Below are positions 26,816-35,300 of a stretch of DNA of 64,000 nucleotides, piece after piece. The stretch is from Myxococcota bacterium (GTDB taxonomy: Bacteria; Myxococcota_A; Polyangia; Polyangiales; Sandaracinaceae). The position numbers and the translations under genes are program-made. Numbering within the stretch: the stretch's first letter is position 1; each line of letters opens with the position of its first letter. The stretch spans positions 32,001 through 96,000 of the forward strand of contig JAYZQJ010000033.1 in the NCBI GenBank assembly GCA_036149055.1, read 5' to 3'. The notes below the pieces were generated by a model, which saw only the letters and a program-made list of their open reading frames with translations, was not told the origin of the DNA and ran no database searches.

Positions 26816-28462
26816 ATGGTCGCGGAGGCAATGCCGATGGAACGAGAGGAGGGCGTGGATCCGCTCGTCGGCTCCGAGATCGCGGGTCGATACCGCGTCG
26901 ACCGGCGCGTCGCGTCCGGCGGCATGGGCGACGTCTACGAGGGAGAGCACATCGAGCTCGGCCGTCGTGTCGCGATCAAGGTGCTGTCACAGAGCTACTC
27001 GCGGAACGAGGAGGCCGTCGCGCGGTTCCTGCGGGAGGCGCGGTCCGCGAGCCGGATCGATCACCCCGCGATCGTCGACATCATCGATCTCGGGCGGCTC
27101 GACGCCGGCGAGCCCTACCTCGTCATGGAGCTGCTCGAGGGCGAAGATCTGGCCGACGTCATCGCCCGCGAGGCGCCGGTCCCCGCGTCTCGGGTGGTGG
27201 AGCTGCTCGAGCCGGTGGCCAGCGCGCTCGACGCCGTGCACCAGCAGGGCATCCTCCACCGCGACATCAAGCCCGCGAACATCTTCCTCTCGGTGCGCTC
27301 CGACGGAAGCGTGCGCCCCAAGCTGCTCGACTTCGGCCTCGCCGCGCTCCGGGAGGCGCCCGACGAGGAGAAGCTCACCCGCGACGGCATCGTCGTCGGC
27401 ACGCCGCACTACGTGTCGCCGGAGGCGGCGGAGGGCGAGCACGTCGACCAGCGGACCGACGTCTACTCGCTGGGTCTCGTCGCGTACGAGCTGCTCGCCG
27501 GCGGCCTGCCCTTCGACGGCGAGAAGCCGATGTCGCTGCTCTACGCGAAGGTGCGGCGCCCGGCGCCCACCCTGAGCGCCAAGACCGGCCGCACCTTCGA
27601 CTCCGACGTGGAGCGCCTGATCGGGCGCACCCTGAGCCGCACCCCGAGCAAGCGCCCGGAGACCTGCGGCGAGCTCATCGGCGAGCTGAAGCGCATCGCG
27701 GAGTCCCTCCCGGCCGACTCGACCCAGGTCGACCTCCCCGAGACGGCGCCCGCCCCGGTGGACGATCGCCCGGAGCACGAGCGGCCGATGATGCCGTCCG
27801 AGCTCGAGATCCCCGGTCACGGGATGCCGTGGAAGAAGCTCGGGCTGGCCCTCCTGCTCCTGCTCCTGCTCGGAGGCGGCCTCTACGCGCTCCGCGCCGG
27901 TGACGGCGAGGCCGAGGCGCCGACCGATGGCCCCGAGGTCGCCGACGGAGAGGAGACCGAGGCGACCGAGGAGACGGCGCCCGAGGGAGAGGCGCCCGAG
28001 CCCGCGATTCCGGAGGCGGAGGGGCTCGCCGCGCCCGAGACTCCGGTCGAGCCCGCCGCCGAGGAGCCCACGCCGGAGGCGGAGATCGCCGCCGCTCCCC
28101 CGCCCCGCCGCGGTCGCGCGCCCCGCCGGCCCGCCGCCGAGGAGACGCCGCCGCCGCAGGCGCCGGCCGCGACGCCCACCCCGCCGGTCGAGGCGGAGTC
28201 CGACCCGGAGCGCGCCGCCTCCCTCGCGCGCGAAGGCGGCACCGCGATCCTCCGGGGCCAGTTCCCGCGGGCGCGGCAGCTCTACCGCCAGGCCACCTAC
28301 GCCGACCCCAGCCACGCCGGCGCCTGGCGCGGCCTCGGGCTGGCGAGCGAGCGCATGGGCCTCGGCCCGGAGGCGGCCACCGCCTACGAGCGCTACCTGC
28401 GCCTCGCGCCCACCGCCTCGGACGCGGCCCAGGTCCGCGAGCGCCTCTCGCGCCTGCGCTGA
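26816..28462 (+). CDS. Hanks-type Ser/Thr kinase with TM segment and C-terminal TPR (kinase 2)
   Basis: SGGMGDVY, VAIK, HRDIKPANIFL, DFGLA and GTPHYVSPE motifs. TM LGLALLLLLLLGGGLYAL. TPR C-terminus. Start placed downstream of the sigma54 site. Confidence 0.95.
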   Translation: MVAEAMPMEREEGVDPLVGSEIAGRYRVDRRVASGGMGDVYEGEHIELGRRVAIKVLSQSYSRNEEAVARFLREARSASRIDHPAIVDIIDLGRLDAGEPYLVMELLEGEDLADVIAREAPVPASRVVELLEPVASALDAVHQQGILHRDIKPANIFLSVRSDGSVRPKLLDFGLAALREAPDEEKLTRDGIVVGTPHYVSPEAAEGEHVDQRTDVYSLGLVAYELLAGGLPFDGEKPMSLLYAKVRRPAPTLSAKTGRTFDSDVERLIGRTLSRTPSKRPETCGELIGELKRIAESLPADSTQVDLPETAPAPVDDRPEHERPMMPSELEIPGHGMPWKKLGLALLLLLLLGGGLYALRAGDGEAEAPTDGPEVADGEETEATEETAPEGEAPEPAIPEAEGLAAPETPVEPAAEEPTPEAEIAAAPPPRRGRAPRRPAAEETPPPQAPAATPTPPVEAESDPERAASLAREGGTAILRGQFPRARQLYRQATYADPSHAGAWRGLGLASERMGLGPEAATAYERYLRLAPTASDAAQVRERLSRLR

Positions 28463-28545
28463 TCTCGAACGGATCGCCCACCGAACGCCCGCGGCCCCCC
28501 AGCCGCGGGCGTTCGTGCGTCTGTCCCTGGATCGGGTGTCGGAGC

Positions 28546-28587
28546 CTATGGTCGAGCCGACCACAGCTGTGGGGTGGGATCCCATAG
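28546..28587. promoter_or_regulatory. Tandem palindromic upstream activator sites
   Basis: CTATGGT-N7-ACCACAG (28546-28566) directly followed by CTGTGGG-N7-CCCATAG (28567-28587). Confidence 0.7.
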
Positions 28588-28627
28588 GTGCCGCCCTCCG
28601 GCGCGCGAAAACGGGGCGGCGCGGAGT

Positions 28628-28643
28628 GGGAACGGTGTTTGCG
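28628..28643 (+). promoter_or_regulatory. sigma54 -24/-12 promoter of the Ig-repeat lipoprotein
   Basis: gGGAACGGTGTTTGCg, with 13 of 14 core nucleotides identical to the site at 26772-26785. Confidence 0.7.
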
Positions 28644-28694
28644 AACCATCGGCCCGAGTGTCGGACCCTGGGATGCGCTGGGAGGACTAGAACG

Positions 28695-30914
28695 ATGAGA
28701 CTCGGATCCCGACTTACTTGGACTGGTGTCGCGCTCGCCGCGCTCGTCTGCGTGGGCTGCGATGGCGGAGACGCCCCGGCCGCGCCGAGCGTCGACGCGC
28801 TGCCCGAGGTGACCAACCAGAACCCGCTGACCGTGACCGGCAGCGCCGAGTCCGGCGCGCTGGTCCAGATCCGCGTCGGCTCGGGGAGCCCCACCGAGGG
28901 CACCGCCGGCGACGACGGCGCCTTCTCGATCGACGTGACGCTGAACGCCGAGGTGGAGAACACCTTGCTCGTGTCGCAGACGGTCGGCGGCGTCGAGAGC
29001 GAGGCCACCATGGTGACCGTCACCCACGACGGCACCCCGCCCAACGCGCCGCAGCTCGACCCGATCGTCACCCCGACGCGCCGCTCGATGCAGCGCCTCC
29101 GGGGCCAGTCCGAGGCGGGCGCGACCATCACCGTCACCGGCGGGACCGAGGACGCCGAGGCCACCGCCGACGCGGACGGCCGCTTCGAGGTGACCGTCTC
29201 GCTCGCGACCAGCGACACGATGGCCGTCGACAACGCCATCGCCGTCGTCGCCACCGACGTGGCGGGCAACGAGGGCCCGGCGACCGACGTCACGATCGTC
29301 TACGACCCGACCCTCCCGCTCGAGGCGCCGGTGCTCGACGACTTCCCGGGCTTCACCAACAGCGCCACGATCACCCTCACCGGTGAGGCGGAGGCGGGCG
29401 TCGGGATCAGCGCGGTCGGCGCGGGCACCGACGGCATGACGACCGTCGGCGACGACGGCACGTTCTCGGTCGAGATCGGCCTGCGCCCGAACCAGCGCAA
29501 CGAGGTGCTGCTCTTCGCCGTCGCCGGCGGCGAGACGAGCGCGGCCGCGAGCGCGGTCATCGTGCACGACGACGTGGCGCCCAACGCGCCGAGCCTCGAC
29601 CCGCAGGCGTCGCCCACCGGCGCGGAGACCATCCGCATGACCGGCGAGGCCGAGCCCGGCGCGACCGTCGACGTCACCGGCGGCATGGCCGACGCGAGCG
29701 GCGCCGCCGACGACGAGGGCTTCTTCTCGGTCGACGTGATGCTGAACCTCGACACCGACAACACGCTCAGCGTGACGGCGACCGACCCGGCGGGGAACGC
29801 GAGTGACCCGACCGAGCTGATGATCACGCAGGACAGCAGCCTCGAGGAGCCGGTCATCGTCGACCCGGTCAGCTCGCCGACGAGCGACCCGACCGTGACC
29901 CTCACCGGGCGCGCCCAGGCGGACAGCGCCATCGAGATCACCGGCGGCGCGGACACCGTCAGCGCGATGAGCGACGCGAGCGGTGACTGGACGGCGATGG
30001 TCACCCTGCGGGCCAACACCCGCAACGAGCTGCGCATCACCCGCCCCGGCAGCGGCGTCGACACCATCGTCACCATCGAGCACGACGACGTGGCGCCGAT
30101 GGCCCCGGAGCTGAACGACCTCGCGAGCCCGACCGGGAACACGACGATCGACGTCACCGGCACCTCCGAGCCCCGCGCGCGCATCAGCGTCAGCGGCGGC
30201 GTGATGCCGGCGAGCGGCACCGCGGGCATGGACGGCCGATTCAGCGTGCCCACCCAGATCGCCGAGGACAGCGAGACGACCCTGAGCGTCATCGCCACCG
30301 ACCGCGCGGGCAACTCGAGCGCGCCGAGCATGGCGACCGTGACCCACTCCAGCTCGACGCCCCCGGCGCCGCGCGTGGACCAGGCCAACCCGGCGCCGAC
30401 CAACATGCCGACCCACGTCGTCACCGGTCGCGTCGAGATGCCCGGCGCGGGGATCGAGATCGTGATCCGCGGCGGCATGGCCGAGGCGACCGGCCCGACC
30501 GACCCGAGCAGCGGCACCTTCTCGGTCGAGGTCACCCTCAACCCGAACACCGAGAACACCCTCATGGTGGTCTCCCGCGAGGGCTCCATCGAGAGCCCGG
30601 CGACCCCGGTCACCATCACCCACGACGACATCGCGCCCGCGACGCCGAACGCCTCGAACATCACGGCGTCGGCCGGGGGCTGCGTGCTCGGCGTCCCCAC
30701 CGGCGGGAACGTCTCGGGCATGATGATGAGCGTCGAGGCGCGCTCGACGGTCCGCGTCGAGAACGTCACCCGGAGCACCAGCGCGACGTCGACCGCGACC
30801 GACGCCGGCTCCTTCAACGTGTCCCTCGGGGCGTGCAACGGAGACGTCATGCGCGTCACCGCCAGCGACGCCGCGGGGAACACCAGCGACTTCGTGGAGG
30901 TCAACGCGAGTTGA
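28695..30914 (+). CDS. Lipoprotein with tandem bacterial Ig-like domains
   Basis: GGAGG RBS, lipobox CVGC, and about 8 repeats of ~90 aa (xTGxAExGAxVxVxGG...ADxxGxFSVxVxL...ATDxAGNxS...HDxxxPxAP). Confidence 0.88.
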   Translation: MRLGSRLTWTGVALAALVCVGCDGGDAPAAPSVDALPEVTNQNPLTVTGSAESGALVQIRVGSGSPTEGTAGDDGAFSIDVTLNAEVENTLLVSQTVGGVESEATMVTVTHDGTPPNAPQLDPIVTPTRRSMQRLRGQSEAGATITVTGGTEDAEATADADGRFEVTVSLATSDTMAVDNAIAVVATDVAGNEGPATDVTIVYDPTLPLEAPVLDDFPGFTNSATITLTGEAEAGVGISAVGAGTDGMTTVGDDGTFSVEIGLRPNQRNEVLLFAVAGGETSAAASAVIVHDDVAPNAPSLDPQASPTGAETIRMTGEAEPGATVDVTGGMADASGAADDEGFFSVDVMLNLDTDNTLSVTATDPAGNASDPTELMITQDSSLEEPVIVDPVSSPTSDPTVTLTGRAQADSAIEITGGADTVSAMSDASGDWTAMVTLRANTRNELRITRPGSGVDTIVTIEHDDVAPMAPELNDLASPTGNTTIDVTGTSEPRARISVSGGVMPASGTAGMDGRFSVPTQIAEDSETTLSVIATDRAGNSSAPSMATVTHSSSTPPAPRVDQANPAPTNMPTHVVTGRVEMPGAGIEIVIRGGMAEATGPTDPSSGTFSVEVTLNPNTENTLMVVSREGSIESPATPVTITHDDIAPATPNASNITASAGGCVLGVPTGGNVSGMMMSVEARSTVRVENVTRSTSATSTATDAGSFNVSLGACNGDVMRVTASDAAGNTSDFVEVNAS

Positions 30915-31004
30915 TCGGCCATGGAGCGGCGGTCCCGTCCGCGGGACCACCGTCCCCCCAACCCAGCCGTCGGGGAGACCCGACGGTCCCACACCGCACC
31001 ACTC

Positions 31005-31038
31005 GGGCCCGGTAGAGGTTTCGGCCTCTACCGGGCCC
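31005..31038. terminator. Strong hairpin downstream of the Ig-repeat gene
   Basis: GGGCCCGGTAGAGG-TTTCGG-CCTCTACCGGGCCC, a 14-bp perfect stem. Two smaller hairpins lie at about 30927-30986. Confidence 0.6.
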
Positions 31039-31049
31039 ACTAAATTCTG

Positions 31050-31211
31050 GCTGGAGGGTTTGATGCAAACCCTCCCCCCATGGGGCGAAGCGCCCATGGG
31101 GCCCCCCTCCCGACTCCGTCGGGACGTCGCGCTTCGCGCTCGTTCCGCGACCCCAGCGCGGGGCGCTGGGGGCCCTGCGGCTCGCGCTCGCGCTTCGCGC
31201 TCGCTGGCCGC
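31050..31211 (+). repeat. Dispersed multi-hairpin (REP/MITE-like) element, copy B
   Basis: Homologous to 17149-17311, with compensatory stem changes. Confidence 0.85.
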
Positions 31212-31297
31212 CTTGTCCGGGTGGCGCCCCACTCGCGCTTCGCGCTCGCTGGCCGCCTTGTCCGCCCGCGCTTCGCGCTCGCTGGCCGCCTTGTCCG
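31189..31297 (+). repeat. 31-bp direct repeat x3 (CGCGCTTCGCGCTCGCTGGCCGCCTTGTCCG)
   Basis: Copies at 31189, 31234 and 31267, with 14-bp and 2-bp spacers. Confidence 0.85.
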
Positions 31298-31481
31298 GGT
31301 GGCGCGCCGGCCCCTCCCGACGCCTCCTCCCGAACCGATCGCAGGCTGGTGAGCGGGGACGATCCTATTCGTTTCATCGATCTCCGCCGGGCTGGGGGCG
31401 AATTCGACGCCCTCGTGGTCAACGCAGATCAGGGGAGGAAGGAGGCGGGAGGCGAGGAGGAATAGCTAGGCCCGCTCTCGG

Positions 31482-31683
31482 CCCGCTGCCGCTGCCGGCC
31501 TCGCTGCCGCCACCGCTGCCGGTCTCGCTGCCGCTACCGCTGCCGGTCTCGCTGCCGCTACCGCTGCCGGTCTCGCTGCCGCTGCCGGACTCGCTGCCGC
31601 TGCCGGCTTCGCTGCCGCTGCCGGTCTCGCTGCCGCTGCCGCTGCCGGCTTCGCTGCCGCTGCCGGTCTCGCTGCCGCTGCCA
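31482..31683. repeat. Hexamer-based VNTR ((CCGCTG)n CCGGTCTCGCTG)
   Basis: 18- and 24-bp units that read GSGSET/GSGSEA on the minus strand (ORF 31419-31697). Confidence 0.9.
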
Positions 31684-31808
31684 CTAAACGATCCCATTCG
31701 TTCATCGAGCAGCGGCGGCGACTCGGCGGGTCAGCTCGTGTTCGAACCGGCGGGGAGAGTCCTCGAAAGGCACTTGGATGATGGCGAAGGTTGGCCATAT
31801 TGAACCCC

Positions 31809-32366
31809 ATGCGACGACTTGGATTCGGAAGACTCAGCGCGCCGTGGAGCCTCTCGGTGGTGGCGCTCGCGCTCACTGGCTGCTCGAACCTCTTGGCCTT
31901 CGATCTCTCCGTGCAGCTCGCGGAGCAGCGGGTGGAGGGGAGCCCGATCGGGGGGCTGCTCGGAGGGTTCTTCGAGCTGCCCATCCCGCTCGACGTGGAC
32001 CTCGCGTCGGAGACGGCGGCGCGGGACACGGGGCCGGCGCAGGCGGTGCGCCTGACGAGCTTGACCCTCGACATCACGCCGACGGCCGAGGGGGCCGGGG
32101 ACACCGACGACTTCGACTTCGTCGACTCCGTCGACATCTTCGTCGAGAGCCGGGAGAGCGGGAGCGATCTGCCGCGGGTGCGCGTGGCGACGGTGAGCGG
32201 CATCCCGGACGGCGCGCGCCAGATCGTCTTCGAGACCGACACGACGGTGAACCTGCGCCCCTACGTGAACGAGGGAGCCCGCCTGACGAGCTCGGCCGAG
32301 GGCACGGTGCCCCCGGACGACGTGACCTTCGACGGTGACATCGTGCTCACCGTCGAGGTTCTGTGA
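31809..32366 (+). CDS. Hypothetical lipoprotein
   Basis: Lipobox LTGC followed by a beta-rich acidic domain. Confidence 0.8.
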   Translation: MRRLGFGRLSAPWSLSVVALALTGCSNLLAFDLSVQLAEQRVEGSPIGGLLGGFFELPIPLDVDLASETAARDTGPAQAVRLTSLTLDITPTAEGAGDTDDFDFVDSVDIFVESRESGSDLPRVRVATVSGIPDGARQIVFETDTTVNLRPYVNEGARLTSSAEGTVPPDDVTFDGDIVLTVEVL

Positions 32367-32369
32367 CCC

Positions 32370-35300
32370 TCACTCGATGATGAAGAAGAGCTCCTCGGCC
32401 TTGTCGGCGTCGAGCTTCTTCAGCGCCTCGTACTGCGCGCGCGCGGCGGCGCCCTGGCCGAGGTTCGCGTAGCAGACGCCGAGGCCGTAGCGCAGGCCCG
32501 GGTCGTCGGGCGCGCTGAGCAGCGCCTGCTGGTAGGGCTCCACCGCCTCCTGGAAGCGGTGGAGCTCGATCAGGTTGTCGGCCAGGCGGTGCATCGCCTC
32601 GCTGTGGTCGGGGTCGACCTCGCCGATGCGTGTGTAGGCTCGCACGGCGTCTTCACGGCGATCGAGGCGCTCGAAGAGCTTGCCGAAGCTCATCAGCGTG
32701 TCGACGTCGCCGAGGCCGAGCTCCATCGCCTCGGCGCAGGCGGCGGCCGCGTCCTCCTTGCGGCCGACCTTGAGGTAGCCGAAGCCGAGGGCCGCCTTGA
32801 GGCTCGGGTCGTGCGGCGCGTTCTTGCAGGCGCCCTCCCAGGCCGCGATGGCCTCCTCGCCCCGGCCGAGGCGCATGAGCGAGGCGCCGAGCGCGTACTG
32901 CGCGGTGGCGTGGGTCGGATCCATGCGGAGCGCCCGAGACAGGGCCGCGGCGCTCTCGTCGAAGCGCTCGAGCCGCTGGAGCACCGCGCCCATGCGGAAG
33001 TAGCCCTCCGCGCTCTGGACCTCGCGCACGAGCGCGTTGAGCGCCTTCAGCGCCTCGTCGAGCTTGCCGGCCCGCTCGTAGGCGCTGGCGCGCGCGAGCT
33101 CCAGCCGCGCCGAGCCGCCGGACGCCGCCGCCGCCTCGAGCACGGAGATGGCCTCCTCGCCCTTGCCGGCCGCGGTGAGGGCCTCGCCGAGCGCGAGCAA
33201 CACCGCGGGGTCGTCCCCGTCGAGCTCCCGGGCGCGCTCGAGGCTCTTCAGCGCCTCGGCGGGCGCGGACTCCACGAGCAGCTCGCCGAGGGCCCGGTGG
33301 GCGAGCGCGCTCTCTTCGTCGAGCCGCACCGCCCGGCGCGCCGCGTCGAGCGCCCGATCGGGCTGACCGTCGTCGCGGTAGCACCACGCGAGCTGCACCC
33401 AGTCGTCGGCGTGATGACCGCCGAGCGACGCCGCCTGCCGGAGCGCCTCGAGCGCCTCCTGCACCCGGCCCGCCTCGCGGTGGAGCCGCCCGAGGAGCGC
33501 CTGCGCCTCGCGCGAGCTGGCGTCGGCCTCCGCGGCCGCCTTCGCCTCGGCGTAGGCCTTGTCCGCCTCGCCCGCGTCCGCGAACGCGCGCGCCAGCGCC
33601 ACCCGCACGCCGGCGTCCTCGGGGCGCCGATCGCGCGCCTCCACCAGCGCGTCGAGCAGATCGAAGCCGCGGTCGGCGTGACGGCAGGCCTCGGCGAGCT
33701 CCGCGGCGATCGGCGCCGGCGCCTCGGCCACGTGCATCGCCTGCTTGAGCGCGTCGACCGCCGCGTCCCAGCGACCGGCCGCGCCGAGGGCCCGCGCGAG
33801 CCGGCGCTGGATGTCCGCGTCGTCGGGCCGGAGAGACGCGGCGCGCTCGAGCGGCGCGACCGCCTCCTCCGGCGCGCTGCGATCCTCCCGCGCCTTCGCC
33901 AGGCCGAGCAGCACCTCCACGTCGTCGGAGAGCGCGGCGAGCTTGCCGTAGTGCGCCTCGGCCTCGCTCGGCATGCCCAGCGCGAGGTAGACCCGCGCCG
34001 CGTGCTCGTGCGCGTCCGCGCGGGTCGGGTCCAGCTCCGCCGCCTTGGCGTACTGCTGAACCGCCTGCTTGGAGCGCTTCTCCGCCTCCAGCACCTGCCC
34101 GAAGCCGACCAGGTAACGTGCGTCCTCGGGGCGCGCCGTGACCGCCGCCTCGCTCTCCTCCCGCGCCTTCGCCACGTCGCCGAGGGCGAGCATGGTCACG
34201 CCGAGGTAGTAGCGGGCCTCGGGGTCGTCGGGCGCCCGGTGCCGGGCGGCGTTGAGCCAGTCGCGGGCCTCGGAGTAGCGCGCGAGGCGACAGAGCGAGG
34301 CGCCCATGCCGACGGCGACCGGGCCGTCCTGCACGCCGAGGTTCACGGTCTTCGACAGCGCGTCGAGCGCCTCCTGCCAGCGCTCGGCGGCCAGCAGCGC
34401 GAGGCCGTGCGCGCGGTGCGAGGCCGCGTCCTGCGGGGCGAGCGTCGCCGCCTCGGCGAGGGCCTTCACCGCCTCGTCCACCCGGTCCATCGAGAGGGCG
34501 AGCTCCCCGAGCGCGCGGTGGAACCACGCCACCTTGGGCTTCAGCTCGGCGGCGCGGCGGAGCTCCTGGAGCGCCTCGTCCTTCCGGTCCACCGCGGCGA
34601 GCGCCTCGCCGTAGCCGGCGTGCCCGGCCGCGTCCTGGGGCGCCTTGGAGAGCGCCGCCTCGAAGACGCCGATCGCCGCGGCGTGCTTGCCGAGCGCGTT
34701 GAGCGCGCGCCCGACCTCGAACGCGGTGTCCGCGTCGTCCGGCCGGAGCTGCAGCGCCTTGCCGAACGCCTTGGCCGCGTCCGCGTGCTGCCCGGCGGCC
34801 GCGTGGGCCTTGCCGAGCCCGCGCTGCGCGTCGAAGTCCTCGGGCGACTCGGACGCCGCCTCGCCGAACACGCTCGCCGCGCCGGTCACGTCACCGGAGG
34901 CGAGCAGGAGGTCTCCGAGCTTCACCTTGCCGGGCGCGCCCGGGGCGAGCTCGACCGCGCTCCGCTGCGCCGCGATGGCGTCGTCCATCCGGCCGATCGC
35001 CGCCAGCTTGGCCGCCACCTGCTCCTGCATCGCGGCGTCCCCGGGCGCGGCCGCGCGCGCCTTGGCCAGCGCCGCCGCCGCGTCGTCCACCCGGCCCTCG
35101 CGGGCGCAGGCGTCGGCGAGCGCGAGCAGCGTGTCGACGCCGCCCTCTCCGACCTCGCTCGCCTTCGCCAGCGCGCGCGCGGCGTCGGCGTCGCGCCCGA
35201 GCGCCTGGTAGCTGCGCCCGAGGGCGGCCCAGGCCGCGCCGTCGTCGGACCGGGCGCGGACGGCCACCTCGAGCGCCGCCGCCGCCGGCTCGTGCCGGCC

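Noticed and set aside
31189..31297. Possible mini-CRISPR (31-bp repeat x3)
   Set aside because: Spacers are 14 and 2 bp, no cas genes are present, and the repeat is part of a REP-like element.
31419..31697. GSGSET-repeat protein
   Set aside because: No RBS, signal or domain. More simply explained as a non-coding VNTR, so kept only as a repeat.
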